Assembly: GCA_016748015.1 (NCBI GenBank)
Contig: JAAOMT010000400.1
Coordinates: forward strand, 516,113-580,112
Direction: 5' to 3'
DNA length: 64,000 nt
Origin: Geosiphon pyriformis uo1
Taxonomy: Eukaryota > Fungi > Glomeromycota
Part shown: positions 40,789 to 54,824 of the stretch, piece by piece
Numbering within the stretch: position 1 is the first letter of the stretch
Layout: every line of letters begins with the position of its first letter
The notes under the pieces: model-generated
What the model was told of the DNA's origin: nothing
Database searches by the model: none
The model's input: the letters and a program-made list of their open reading frames with translations, nothing else
Position numbers and translations under genes: made by a program

Positions 40789-43419
40789 ATAAGTATTAAT
40801 TTTTTTGGCTGATTTTGGCAATGGTTTTACACAATATTTTGTTAAATCTTCAACTAGCCCATTTGTTTGTAGATGATATGGTGATAATAATAGTCTCTTT
40901 ATCCCAAACTTTTGACTTAATTCTGCTAATGTTCTATTCACAAAGTAAGTTTTTTGATCTGATAGTAGTTCTTTTAGACATCTATGTTGACAGATCAAAT
41001 CTTAATAGACGAATTTGGCAACAAATTCTGCATCTGCTCTTTGAATGGCTTTTGCTTCTGGTCATTTAGTAAGATAATCTATGGCTACTACAATGTATCT
41101 GTTGTCTCTGCTGGTAATTGTTAATGATCTGACTAAGTCAATTCTGATATGATCGAATGATTGTCCCACTTTGATTGGTCTTAATGGTTCACTGAGTTTT
41201 GTTCCTCCTCTTCTCTGACAAGCATCACAATTTTAAACATATTGGATAATATCTGAATACATAGATGACCAATAGTATCTTTTTCTGATTCTTTTTATGA
41301 TTGCTTCTTTATGAAAATGTCCTGCTGTTAGATTTAAGTGCATGTTGAATAATATTGTCTCTTTTTCTGGTTCTGTGATTACTCTGGTTAGTTAATCTAG
41401 ATTTTTTCTGTTTTTCCAGTAAAGTATATTTTGGTGGCTGATAAAATATTTTGATTGTTGTTTTATGTTGTTTTGTTCCTTTTGAGATAATTTTTCCTTG
41501 AACAATTGGGTATTTATATAATGTTGAAGTTGTTGATATTTTTGTATATTTATCTTTTGTTATATTTTTGGGTTAAAATGTTTTTAGATTTGTCTCATTC
41601 ACAACAGACCATCAGTATTTTTGTTGTTTTTTCCTTTTTTATAATGTACTGTAAATATATATAGTGATAGTGCTATTTTCCATTTTACATAACAATTATT
41701 TCCAAATTCTTGCTTCTGGATTGAAGTCAATTCTTTGTGATTAGTATACACATCAAACTTTTGACTCAAGTATTTTTTCTATTTGGTGACAGCTCAATAA
41801 ATAGCTAAGTGTTCTAATGCTAAAGTTTTATAGTTCTTTTCAGCTGAATTTAAGCTTCTATTGACATAAGCTACTGGATGCTCTTTTCTATCTGGTCTTC
41901 TCTGCAATAGTACTGCTCCTAAAGCTTGGCCTAATGTATTGGTGATAATAATGAATGGTTTGCTGTAATCTAGATACATTAGTACTGGAGCTTGGATAAG
42001 CTTTCTTCTTAATGTGTCAAATGCTTCTTGTTGAGCTTCTGTTCATTTGTACTTTACATTTTTGGTTTATAGATAATGAAATGGCTGAGCCAGTTTAGAA
42101 AAGTCTTTAATAAAGTGGCAATAATAATCTGCAAATTCCAAAAATGCTCTTAATTCTGTTAAGTTAGTTGGTACTGAAAAGTTCTTTACTATTGCAATCT
42201 TGTCTGGATTTGTTTTAATACCATTTTTGCTTATAACATGTCCCAAAAATTTGAGTTCTGTTTTTTCAAAGAAACATTTGTTTATATTCAACTTCAATCC
42301 TGCTTTTCTTAACCTTTCAAATACTTGTTGAAAATAATGTAGATGGTCATCAAATATTTTGGAAAACACATTTGTGTTATCTAAGTAAACAACTATAGAT
42401 TTTTATAGTAATCTAGTATAAACAATTTCCATGAGCTGTTGAAATGTTGCTGAAGCATTCATTAAGTCGAATGACATTACTTCAAATTCAAAGTTTTTTT
42501 TTCAAGTTGTAAAAGCTGTTTTTTTTTTATCTTCTGATTTCATGGCCACTTGCCAGTAATCACTGTCTAAGTCTAAAGTTGAGAATTATTTCTTTCCTCC
42601 AAAAGCATCAAACAATTTTTGGATTTTTGGGGTTGAATAACTATTATCTTTAGTTACTTCATTCAATTTCTAATAATCCACACAAAAATGGATTTTTTCA
42701 TTCTTTTTCTAGACTAGTACCATTGGTAATAATCATGGGCTCATTGATGGCTGAATTAGCCTATTGTCAAGCATCTGGTTGATTTTTTGATAAATGATCT
42801 CATGGTTGACTAGTAGTACTCTGTATGCTCTTTGTTTAATTGGCATCACATCTTCAGTCTTGATCTGGTGCTGGATTATATTAGTTCTGCCAAATTTGTT
42901 TTTGCTGGCAAAGATGTCATTAAAATTGTTGAGTAATATCTTGAGTTGCATCTGTTGAAGTGGGTCTAAATTTCCCAAGTTCATTTGTTCTAATTGTTCT
43001 GATTGGAGCAAATAACATTCTTCTTGTCCATAAATTGTTTGTGATGTAATATCCACATATTCACACAGTTGTGAAAAATCTGGAATGGTGTCTGGCAGTT
43101 GATCTTTAATTTCAGTGATTAAATGTTCAATGGTAGTTCCTTCTGGTATCTTGATGATAGCTTCTGTGTTGTTGTAAATGGAAATTTTGATGTGACTATG
43201 GTTCTTAGTTGGTATGTGTAAATTGACTAATCCAATTTTTTTTGATTCACAAAGTTTTGCTTCTGCCTCAAAAATCTGAATTTGATCTTTCACTTTTCTT
43301 TCTATTATAATCATGTATCTATTATATAATAGAATGGAGATTGGTTAACAGATGGAAATAATTTTTCTCTTGTTAATAACCTTTTCTTCTGTCATATTGA
43401 CTGGTACATCTATTTTACT

Positions 43420-43840
43420 CATTGATCTGAATCCTTGTATCCCTTTTGTTATTATCCCTAATTTTTCTTGGTTTTCTACTGATACTAACTAAGCTATTTT
43501 AACTAGAAACAGGAATATTGCCTGTGCTATCTTTTTGTTTGGCTCTATGATATAAGTCTTTTCTGAATCATTTTGTAGTATAGCAATAATATTTTCTACA
43601 TATCCTGCATCAATTATCCCTCTTCTGATGTTAATTTTCTTTTTCACTAAACTACTCCTGAATGCTAATTGAATTATGGTTGTTGCTAGAATTTCCAGTG
43701 CTATTTTGAGATTGATGCAGGTGCACAAATGTGGTTCTAATTTGATGGCATTTCTTTCTGGATACTTCAGATCAAATTCTGCATCAGTATTATACATGCA
43801 TTCTGGCATGATACTCTTATTGTTATTGCTGAACCATTTC
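43420..43840 (-). pseudogene. dut: Retrotransposon-encoded dUTPase domain (G4)
   Basis: All five motifs, with G->A damage: DAEFDL, RSSL, GIIDAGY, KIAQAIF, KGIQGFRSM (RGxxGFGST). Confidence 0.9.
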
Positions 43841-46800
43841 AGTTCCTGCTTCTTGGTGAGGTTTAGAAGCATGATATATTGTTCGTAATTTAGATTAGAG
43901 TTTGAATCTGAGTTTAAATTGTTGTCATTATTATGGCCATTTTGGGCAAAGCTAAAACCATTGTTTTTGTTGTCATCATTGTTAGAGTTTAAATTGAGAT
44001 TGAATTTTAATTCTGATTCCAATGTGCAGCTACTGATTAGTTCTTTCTTTTCTGAGATTGTGTAGATTATACATGATGGTGGATTGTAAATGAAATCACA
44101 TTCATTACAATATTGAAAGTCATATGAGATCAAACAGTAGTCACATAGTTGGGTGTTTATTTGGGCCAAATGCTGCTCTTGTTTTTTTCTTGTTGGTGCC
44201 AAATTTTGGTAGTGCTCATGAAATTCTTCTGGGCCTGCTTTCAGGTCCAGAAAAGTGTCTGGGTTGGGGATCAAAACAATGTTAACTGTTTCCAGAGGGT
44301 TGTTCTTAATTTCCAATATTTTGTTGGACATGGTATCTTCTACTTTGGCATTCACCATCTGCCAGATCTCATCCTCATCATGTGAGTAACCATCCAAGCG
44401 AGAGATTGCATGGTGCCAGATGGCAGTTATTGGCATATTACAACTCACCCAATTGTTGATGAGGATTGTGTATTGGCACGAAGTGTCACATGTTTCTTTT
44501 CAACCAAGAATGTCATTCCATATTCTTTCATTAAGCAATTGTTCACCACAAGTGAGACATAGTTCATTGTCCCACTTGCCTTGTCTTTTTGGGTAGCCAT
44601 AGTGTTGTCAGTAGCAAGGCTTACAATAGTAATAAGTTCATGTCCAATAATCTTTGTTTAATATGACCCAAGCTCCTATAGAAAACAGTTTTTTTTTGTA
44701 GTCTTTGCACTTAAGAGGAATATAAGGTGGTTTTAGTCTGGTATTTGTTAAGTATGTGCTTTTTCAACCATTTGTTATGATGGTGTCATTGGTCTCTCCA
44801 AGTATGTCTTTCTCCCTTTCTTTCTCTTTTTTTTGTTTTTTTTTTCTCAGTCTAAAATTGGTGGCATTTTATTTTGGTTGTTGTTATTTCATGTGTTTTG
44901 GTCAGTTTTTTAGGTAAGTTTTTCTGTGCACTTTTCTTTTTTTTGTTCATTCTATGAGAGTATTGGCAGTAGTTTGTTGTGGTCCTTGTTGGCTCACAAG
45001 ACTTAATAGGCTTCCCAAAAAAGTTTGTTTACTTCTTTCTCAAGTTCTATTATTGGTGCTGGCATGTTGGTGGTTTTGAAATGACTGCATATTGCTGGTG
45101 CTCACATGTGTTGGCCATTTTGGCTGATTTGCAATTCTTGAGTGGTTCAGTCAAGCGTCACATTGGTTTTGGACAGCTAATTATTCTCAACTAGAGCTTA
45201 ATATTAGATGGTCTCCATAACTAATACTTTGATTGACATGATAATGCCATTGACCTCTATAGAGAGATCATCAATCTCGCCAATTGAAGTTTTGGTCACT
45301 CCATTAGCAGTAATTATGCACACATTGGCAGTACAATCAACTCAGTGACCTAATTGGTCTATGAATTGTTATGTAATAATGCTACCAGCTAATTTACTGT
45401 CTAGAATCAGTTTGATGGCATGACCATCAACTTTTGCATCAATGTACATAGTAGTGATTGGTTTGATGTTAAGAGTGGCTCTACTGAATAATGAGACTGG
45501 TATAGTTTTTTCGAGTTTGAAAGAAAAAATAGCTGCTAGAGATTTGTCATTGGAGATAGTTGCTGGTAAGATATTGCTAGTAAGTAGCTGCTTCTAGTTG
45601 AGTTCCAGATTGTTGGATGGGACACCTTCTAAGGTAACCAAAAAACTTAAATAGTTCTGGGAATTGGGGTTTTAAACATGGCTGGTGCCTGAATTCTGTT
45701 GATGAGATTCTGATTGTTGGGCTGATAAACTGAGGGTCAGTTGGTAAAATATTATCACCGATTTTTAGTTTTGTTGTGTCATTCTTAGCCTGTGTATTTT
45801 GTTTTGAGGTGAGTTTTGTGGTGGTGTTTGAATTTATTGAAGTTGATAGATTACTGGTAACTGCAGTTGATATATTACTTGTGACTACAGCTAATAAATT
45901 GGAATTTGATATACTGATGATTAATAGATTGGCTGCTGTGTTATTGGCAAATAAGTAGGTTGATATTGATTTTGGTTTGAGTAAGGATTTGGGGTTTGAA
46001 ACTGACAATCAGAATTTCTATATTGATTTCCTGATTATTAGTTATTATTATTAGATCAACAGTCAATTTTTAGATGCTCTTGTTTTTCACAGTTGTGGCA
46101 AATACACATCTCTGGCTGCCATGACTAATTGGATGATGATGGTTGTGACTAATGTTGGAAACAATTCACATTTCCTTGGTTACTGCATTGTTGTAAAGGT
46201 TGATAAATTGCCTAATTATTGCTAGCTAAGTATCCCTCTAGTTTCTGATTAATTGAATTACTGAATTGTTTCAATTTGGAATCCAATTCAAATGATCTAT
46301 TCATTACTAAATTTATGGCTTGAACATGGTTGGCTTCTAACTCAGTTGACTCAAAGTCCCTGGCATGTGTGACTGCATCTTAGAGAGTGGCTGCATATAA
46401 CAGATATATGTGTTGTAGAATGCTACTGTACGGACCACAGATGAACTGATTCAAGATTTGTGGCTCTGTAAAGTAGTTGGTATCAATTGCTTAAATTCGG
46501 CACAGATTTTACTGGAAGTGTCTTAAGTAAGTAGTAACTGTTTCAGTATCTTCCTGTTTGATGGTAGTGAAGATATTGGCCAAGCAATTAATGCTATTAT
46601 TATTACTAAAATATCTCAAGAATTCAAGTTTAAATTTCTGGAAGGTTTGTGGTCTGGTTGCTAGACTCTAATACTATGAATTAATGGTATCTTGGAGAAA
46701 GTAAGAAATTGCTTGAAAGGCTCTATTGTCATTCCAGTTATTGGTGATGATGGCTTTGACAACGTCATTGATCCATGCTTGGGCGTTATCTTCTTTGCCA

Positions 46801-47889
46801 GTGAATTTCTTGAGTTTGGTGATGAGAACATAAGTCATTAGATTCATGTTTTGTTGTTGAGATGGTTGTTGCAGTGGTTGTGGTTGTTGAAAAAATTGTT
46901 GAATTGTTGATTTAGTTATAGAGGCTTGGCTATTAGATTAATCAGTAGCTAATCAATGACAATTATTGGAGATATGTTTGGTTGATTAATTAATTTGGAG
47001 TTTAGATTATTCTGATTTTGTGGTGGTTGTATATTCGAAGTTTTGACTTCTGGATTTTCTAAATTTGGATTTTGCTGAGTCTGAAAGTTCAGGATTTCAA
47101 TGTCTGGGTTTTCTGGAATTGGGTTTTAGTAAGTAAATTCCTGATCTTTGGCTTCTTCTTTTTCTTTCTCCTTTGATTCCATTATCTCTCATGAGTCAGC
47201 TGTTCCAAAATTTGGTGGAGGTGGCAGTGATTGGTATCCTGATAGAGTAGTTGATCACAATTTAAATCCTTCAAAATAATCACCATAGGTCTCTAATAAC
47301 TCTGCTTTTTTTTGTTTACTTTAAAATGGAAGTCATCCAAATGTTGATGTCATGTTTGATGTGGACGCACCTGTTGATAAAATGTTGATAGCACTTCTGA
47401 ATATATAGTGGTATAATGGGTTTGTTAGTAATTCAACTCTGGTTTTCTTTCAAGTAGGTAATTAGATCCCTTTTGGTGTTACTGTTGGTGTTTGTAGTCT
47501 TCCCTTTCTTTTGTCTGCATAGATGATTGGGAATTTTTGTTGTGTGTATCTTTCAATGAGTTGATTAATTTCTCTGATAATTGGTACAAAACTATGATTT
47601 CTTGGTAAGCTGGTGTGTTGAAATAATTCTTTATAAAAGTTTTTTCTTGCTAATTTGATGTCAACTGTTCCTTCCAGACAGTTTGTAATCTTTTTGTTGA
47701 CATAAAAGTTGAAAGCAAATTCTGCTGAATAATAATTGTTGTTTAATCCTAGTTGTTGACTATACTATTGGAACAAAGATTTGGTGAATTTTAAATGATT
47801 TGTTCCTATGTTTTCTGGTTCTGCCACTTTTAGATAATTGTTGTTGGTGCTGGTTCTTTGTAAAATTATATTTCACAGAGAGCACCAAA

Positions 47890-48659
47890 TGTTACAAATG
47901 ATTATTTGGGGTCTCAAAACAAATAACAACCCATAACTTGGTGCTTAATTGGTATTCTGATATGTTGATATCTAAAGATTTTGTTGATCTGAAGGTTTTG
48001 TTATGGAATTTTTTGTATAATGAACAGAGATGTAATTGGTTATTTTTATTTATAGCTTCCTGAAACCACAGTTTCATCAATTTTTTTCTCAGCATAATAG
48101 CCAGTAATCCTCCTGGTAAGCTATCCTCAATTCTGAGTATCTATCCTTATTCTTGGGTTTTTTACCAGTGCTATATCCTAATATTAGTACCTCTGTGTAT
48201 GAATTTTTTTAATCCAATTAGTAAAACAAAAGAAATAACAACAGAAAAATAAAAAAAAAATAAAAAAAATAAGCCAAAGCAATGATTGTTAATATCTTAT
48301 CAATAGCCATGATCAAAAGCTATTGTTCCAGTATGGTCAAGTATTCGAAACTATCAGCATGAAGTGTTGATAGTAGAGAATAAATTAAGATATCAAATAA
48401 TTATTTATTAATATTTGTGAATTGAAAGGTTGCTTAGATTAAATCTAAACTAAGAGATCCGTTTTTTTTACTTCTAATTCTACCAATATATATACATAAT
48501 TAAGATTTCTCAATTCCTCAATTTTTCACACCAAGAATCCTGAAATTTTTGGAATCCTGCAATTTTTTTGAGAGGAATTCTGGAATTCTACATTTACTAT
48601 AGCTACTTCTGATTGGCTAATTTATATGCTAATATATTTTCTATATTCTATGAATAACA
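47890..48659 (-). repeat. 5' LTR of G4 (~770 bp)
   Basis: Termini tgttaca (47890) and tgaataaca (48659), followed on the element strand by the PBS. Homologous to 38153-38929, 29145-29942 and 50893-51671. Confidence 0.9.
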
Positions 48660-48897
48660 GCGTCATTGATGCTTTTGGTATTTGGTTTGGCTTTCACAAA
48701 TCTTGTTTGTTTTTTTCAGATATAGATGATCCAGTTTCAGTTCACATAGCTGCATAGTGTTGTTTTGATCAGCTTGAGTGGCTGGTTACATGTAAGAAGT
48801 GCATGATTTATGCCTAGTTTAAATCATTTTTTTGATGTATAGCATTATGTAATGTTTAGACCTCACTTGTTAAGCAAATAAAAAAAATAAAAAAAAG
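48660..48897 (+). mobile_element. LINE 3' remnant (ORF2 end + 3' UTR + A-rich tail) between G4 and G5
   Basis: VIDAFGIWFGFHKSCLFFSDIDDPVSVHIAA*, then a 3' UTR homologous to the 13458 copy. Confidence 0.85.
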
Positions 48898-51671
48898 AAC
48901 AAAACAACATAAAACAACAATTAAAATATTTTATTACTTATTAAAATAAACTATATCAGAAAAACAGAAAAAATTCAAACCAGCTACTTATAGTAATTAT
49001 AAAAATAAAGAAAAAAACAATACTATATAATATGCATTCAGATCTGACAGCAGAACATTTTCATAAAGAAGCAATCATGAAAAAAACCAAAAAAAAATAT
49101 TATTGGCTATTAATGTATCCAAACATCATTTAATATGTTCAAAATTGTGATGATTGTCAGAAAAAAAAAGGAACAAGACCTAGTAAGCCACTAAGACCAA
49201 TTAAAATATAACAATTATTTGACAGAATTGGAATTAACTTAGTTGGACCATTAACAATAACCAGTAAAGACAATCATTATATAGCAGTAGTCATAAACTA
49301 TTTTATAAAATGGCCAGAGGCAAAAGCAATTCAAAAAGCAGATACAGAATTCATAGCCAAATTTGTTTACCAAAATCTAATTTGTTAATACAGATGTCCA
49401 AAAAAATTGTTATTAGATTAAAGAATGCATTTTGTAAACAAAATATTAACAAAATTAAGCCAAAGATTTGGAATCAAAAGACCATTATTATCACTATATC
49501 ATCCATAAACAAATAGTTTAATGGAAAAGTTTAACAAAACATTGTGTAAAACAATAGCCAAAATCAGCTAAGAAAACCAAAACAAATAAGATTTAGTTAT
49601 TCTATCAGTATTATTTGCTTATCAAACAATGAAGCAAAATACCATACAAACAACACCATTTGAACTTGTTTATAATAGAACAGCAATATTACCAATTAAG
49701 ATAGACATTAACACATATTTAACAAAACCAATAACAGAAGCCAATTTTCAAAGAATATTGTTAAGAAGAATATACAAATTAATAAAAACATTGGAAAACA
49801 AAAAACAGCTAATAACATTCAAAAGTCACAAAAAAAACAAAAAAAATAATATAATAACCAGTTACCAGATAAACCAGTAGAATTCAGGATTAAAGACAAA
49901 GTACTTTTATATCATACCAAAGTGGAAAAACAATAGAGTGAAAAATTTGATTCCAAATAAAATAGACCATTTTATATTGAAAAAATTCTAAAAAATAAAA
50001 CTTACAAATTGAGATGAGACAACAAAATCTTAGCCAAAGCAGCATATAGTAATTAACTAAAATTATATCACAATACAGCATCATTATCAATCAGTAATAT
50101 TCTACAACTAAGAATACAATGAATACTAGTCCAACCAAATAAGATTTCACAAAATCTGGAACCAATTATAATCATTGATTCAAACAGATCAAGTTGATTG
50201 ACCAAAAGAGTATATAAAAACATGGTATATGTAACAAAAGCAACAAAAAAAATAGAAATATCAGATCATATTTACACTTTAGCTCAACAATTATTTCAAG
50301 CCTTAAATCAACAACAATTAGACATAGAAATTACCATCAATCATCAAACAATCTGCTATTAAAACACCAAACAAAAAGAAAAAAACACATCATATCAGCA
50401 ACTACAGAACCAACCAAGAAACTGATTAGATAAGATAATAGAAAAAGTAAAGAATACTTTTAAAAAATACTCAATATGATTCCAACAGAAAAACTTTCAA
50501 AAAAAAAATTGGAAACAGTAAACAAAAGAACTTCTAATATCATACTGCTACTATTAATTAAGACAAAAGTTGAATATTTAGAAGTTATATCTTAATAAAG
50601 CCAAAAGAATATTTAATCAAGAGATAATACAAAATATTGAAGACATTATTAGAAAAAAAACAAATTTGACACTACATATTAGAACAATCTATTAACTACA
50701 CACAATATTTCAAAACTACCCAAAAATATTGCTACACTCTAACATAGAGATAATAACTATTAACCAATAGGAAAAAATAAACAATTCATAAATCAAAGAT
50801 ATAAGAACTAGAGTTGAACAAACAGTATTAGAAAAAAAAGTTAATTCAAAATAAAAATTTTAACAGAGCTCAATATTAAAAAGAGGAGATAATGTTACTC
50901 ATAGAAAAGGCATACAAGAAAATAGTAGAAAACTAATAGTTAATATGTAAACATATTGCTTAGTAATGTGGAGCATTATCAGAAAATCATAATATATTGC
51001 TCAGCAATATGAGCATTGCTTGAAAAATTATAGCACATCACTCAAAAATGTAAGCAATTTTGTAGAATCCAAATTATGTATATATAGCAAGAGTGTTAAA
51101 AGAAAGAATAATACCAAGATTTAACACTATAAATATCTTAGTTAAAATCATTAATATCAATAAATAATTATTTACTATCTAAATCATTCTCTTTATTATC
51201 AACACTTTATGTTGATAGTCTCTGATACTTGATCACACTAGACTGATAGCTTTTGATTATGGCTATTGATGGAATACTAACTCTTTTTTGTTTTGTCTTA
51301 TTTCTTTATTTCTTTATTTTTCTATTTTCTTTTTTTTTCTTTTGTTTTATTTGTCATTATTTACTAATTGATTAAAGAGTAATGTATGAAGTTATTAATG
51401 TCAAAATGACTGGTAAAAGATACAAAAATAAGAGTAAAACACTCAAAGATTAAAAATAGCTTATTAGGAGGATTACTGGCCATTATGTTAAGAAAAAAAT
51501 TTGATGAAATTGTGATTCTTGGAAGCTATGGATAAAACTACCATTGAATCTCTGTCAATTATACAAAAAATTCAAACCAAAATCTTTAGATAATACCAAT
51601 CGTATCAGCTATTAAGCACCAAGTTACAGATTTGTTATTTGATTTGAGATCCCAAATAATTACCTGTAACA
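48898..51671 (+). mobile_element. Gypsy copy G5 (family A-related) 3' half: integrase, ORF3, PPT, 3' LTR 50893-51671
   Basis: MHSDLTAEHF...CDDCQ, GINLVGPL, KWPEAKAI, TTPFELVY, and a GPY/F-type C-terminus. PPT aaaaagaggagataa at 50878-50892. LTR TGTTACTCA...TGTAACA. Confidence 0.9.
50222..50890 (+). pseudogene. G5 ORF3: homolog of G7 ORF3
   Basis: ATG at 50222, single frame with stops: IEISDHIYTLAQQLFQALN, CYY*LRQKL, HIRTIY*LHTIFQNYP. Confidence 0.65.
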
Positions 51672-52163
51672 TTGGTTGGCTAGGAAAACTGCTGGCTTTT
51701 TGTTGTTCCTGTTAAATAGAGTTAAAGAATGTTACATTGTGGCTGAAAACTTGGTAATTTTGTGCAATATATGTTATTTTGTTTGAGATATATACAAGTC
51801 TGTATTATATGCTCAATGGGAGATTGGTCCTGGCCACTGGGTGATATCTGTTTCTTCAATTGAAGATGTGAATTGGTAGTCTAAGGCAAAAATTTGGCAT
51901 CTTGATTCTTATATGCTGGCTGGCTTTACAAGTAGGAAGTCTGCTAATTTGTGCACTTATATGATAAAAACTGTACATATTTATCTGCCAGTTGTGATTA
52001 GAAAAAGATTGTATAACAGGAGCTATTTGAGTGTTCTGTGTTTGTTATGTGATAAGATAGAGTTTTTTGATTATGCTTTTATGTGTGTTAAGAATGCTAA
52101 ATTTTGTAAGAATATTTTGAAAAAATTTTCAAATAAATAGGTCTTTGTTATGAGTATTCATGT
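51672..52163 (+). mobile_element. Internal LINE ORF2 fragment (post-RNase H region with CCHC finger) bounded by two LTRs
   Basis: AQWEIGPG, IWHLDSYMLAGFTSRKSANLCTYMIK, LPVVIRKRLY, LCLLCDKIEFFDYAFMC. Confidence 0.8.
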
Positions 52164-54824
52164 TGTTATGGTTGAAACCTATACTTTTTATTAATTATCA
52201 CATATATTAGCCACTAATGTCATATGATTAGCCACACTATTTTAGAAAATGATCATTGACCTGATCATTGACTTAGTCATTAACCTGATTATTAACCACT
52301 TTTGACAGCTATATAAGCAATGAATCTCTTAGCTGTAGAAAAGTATGTAATAACAAGCATCTGAATAATTAAGAATAAATAAAATAACAACTTTCATCTC
52401 AATCCTTCTCTTATTGCTAATTTCTCTTCCTCTATCTTTAAATATCTGAACATTTTAAAGATAAAAAATTACTTGTTGGCCTTTTCCTGATGTATATAAT
52501 TGTAGCATTTGAAGATTATTTGAATAAACATGACTGAAAAGCACAAGTTGATACCTGATATTGAATTCTAAGAGTGCCAACGTGAGACATAGAATTATAC
52601 CAGTGGTGATTAATTGTTGACAGTATAGACTATCCCTCTACCTTCAGATTCCCCAGTTATCTTTGAAAAGAATAGCGACTGAGATATTTTATGAGACTGA
52701 TCTCGCACATTGAATCCATACTTATTCAATTCACTCTTTAAAGTTGAATTCCCCTTTGATTATTTCCATTACCCTACAATCCTGTTCTCCTTTGCTATCC
52801 ATTAGCTTGTTACTCCAATCCATAACATAAAAGTGGTGCTTCCTGTGAGGTTGTCAAAATCCACTTTGTTTCTTATTGTATGGGTAATTATTCATATTTG
52901 TCACAACAATTAGAAGAATACTTTAAAGCACACAACAAAAATGATCTAGACTTTATTGAACTCAATCTTTTGCCCTCTTGCTTGATTTGCTTTCTCATTG
53001 AAAAACAATCCAGCAGACAATTCCAAGACTTTTGGAACTGGTTTTTGAACAAGCATTCAGCTGAAACCTACACAGTTTATACAATCTATTACTTTGACCA
53101 AGCTTATTTTAAAGATGACTTTGAAGGAAGAAACAACAGTATTAATTAACTTTTATATTCTGCAACTTTTGAACAACAGCCTCCTGATTTTGAATATCTG
53201 AATTATCAAATCCACATTTGGATTGCTGCTCATCAATCAACAGAAACTCTTCTTGAAACAGAAGAAGAAAGCTATCAAACTGCTCCTGTTTTTAATCTCT
53301 TTTCAAGTAAATCAAAACACTCCACACAAACAGTTACATCTGAACCAATGGCTCAAGACCCTCTGCAACAAAACATTCTGATTGCTCTCCAAGGTATACA
53401 AACTGCTTTAGGACAAAGAAACAACACCCTATTACCATTATTCAGAAGCAATACACATAATCCAATTGAATGGTTGGATGACTTTGAGAGAGCTGCTACA
53501 GCCAACCAATACAATGATAAGTACAAGTTTCAAATTGTTGGTGGCTACCTTCAAGGCTTTCCTGCTACCTGGTTTTCACAGGAAACTGATGCTAATGTCC
53601 ATCAAAGAATCATTAAATGGATGCCAACAAATGTTGGAGAAAACAACACCTCTTTTACAACCTGGTTTGAAAACAAGTTCAGAACCCCAATCTTGATATT
53701 CAAGTGGCACATAGAATTAGAAAAAAGAACTTAAGGCCCTAGTGAAATTGTAACTGAATATGCTAAAGCAATCAGAAAGTTAATTAAGTGTGTAGACTCT
53801 GAAAAAAATTGGACAGAAGAGCAAAAAATTTATTCCTTCACAAAAGGATTGAGAACTGATTTATCTTATACTCTTTGGCCTCTTTTGGCCCTGAAAGACA
53901 ATCCTACAATGGACATGGCCATTGAACTTGCCCAACAAATTGAAGACAACCAAAGAATACATTTGGGATCTACACTTCCAGTTTTTGCTTCTGTTTCTGC
54001 CCCTCAAATGGCTGCTGCCTCTTTTGCTGCCCAACTCAAGATCCAAATGAACAATTAATTGATAGACTCACAGCCAATCTTGTCTGGTTATTAAAACCTT
54101 TGGCACAAGCAGTTAGAGATAACCAACAACCACAAAAACCCAGATATGAACCACATTTTAATCAGCCCCAACAATATCCTTATCAAAAACAGCAAAATCA
54201 TGGTCCTCTTGTATGTTATAGATGTAGATTAACTGGACATTTCTTAAGAGATTGCAACAATCTTTCTTTATCTCTTCCAGTCCCCAGAAATAATGACAAT
54301 CAAAACAATAGACCCATCAACAATAATGCTCTTAATTAAAGACCCAACCATGCCAACATCAATTTCTTTGGAGAGAATCCTTTAGTTGAAGCCACAGTCT
54401 ATCAGCCTTTAAACTAGTAGGCACACCTCCAAAGGGTAAGAATACAAGCCAACCAGAAGAAAACTCCTTTTTTGCTTTTAACTTAACTGATGATGACCAT
54501 GACATAGATGAATTAGCAATCAACACTTTTGAATCAACCAGAAAAAAGAAGAAAGCCAAGGTTGATTTCGTTTTAGATCCCAACAAAGCCTCAACTTCCA
54601 CTGCTGATAACAATGAGCCACCAAAAGCCAAAGTTTTTAAGAACCCTTCAAAGTTAAAACCCTCAGAAATTGTACAAAAATTTGGACCCTATTCTGTTGT
54701 CAAAGATTTCATGGAAACCCCAGTACATATTACCTTTGGCCAGTTAATGACCCATCCACAGTTCAGAAAAGATCTCCACAAATCTCTAATCCCCAAGAAA
54801 AAAACACCAAAGACCAATAAACAC
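52164..54824 (+). mobile_element. Gypsy copy G6 (family B): 5' LTR 52164-52827, PBS, gag; interrupted by G7
   Basis: LTR inverted termini tgttatgg/ccataaca, 12-bp gatcattgacct tandem at ~52250-52297, PBS TGGTGCTTCCTGTGAGG at 52834-52850. Gag PIEWLDDFERAATANQY and knuckle CYRCRLTGHFLRDC. Confidence 0.9.
52834..52850 (+). promoter_or_regulatory. Primer-binding site of G6
   Basis: TGGTGCTTCCTGTGAGG begins 6 nt after the LTR end and is complementary to a tRNA 3' end (CCUCACAGGAAGCACCA). tRNA identity not determined. Confidence 0.8.

Larger units (their letters stand above)
40789..48659 (-). mobile_element. Gypsy copy G4 (family A): 5' LTR, PBS, gag, PR, Cys-rich module, dUTPase, RT, RNase H, integrase (truncated in the core)
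   Basis: LTR 47890-48659 (TGTTA...TAACA). PBS TTTGGTGCTCTCTGTGAA. Gag IKLKKFTGKEDNAQAWINDV, knuckle CHNCEKQEHLKIDC, PR LILDS, RT VVYLDN, RH IITNTLG..E.LAI, IN H..H..CDAC, DQ, YHLQTNGLVE. Confidence 0.93.

Noticed and set aside
42990-43400. Second tandem dUTPase after the first
   Set aside because: Beta-rich spacing (ISIYNNT..IKIPEGTTI) hints at a degenerate dUTPase-like fold, but no catalytic motifs are seen and similar pre-RT regions occur in ordinary Gypsy elements.
45577-46008. Ser/Thr-rich 143-aa ORF (and similar 61916-62401)
   Set aside because: Alternative-frame readings of the Gln/Pro/Tyr-rich gag linker. The true frame is broken by CAA->TAA damage.
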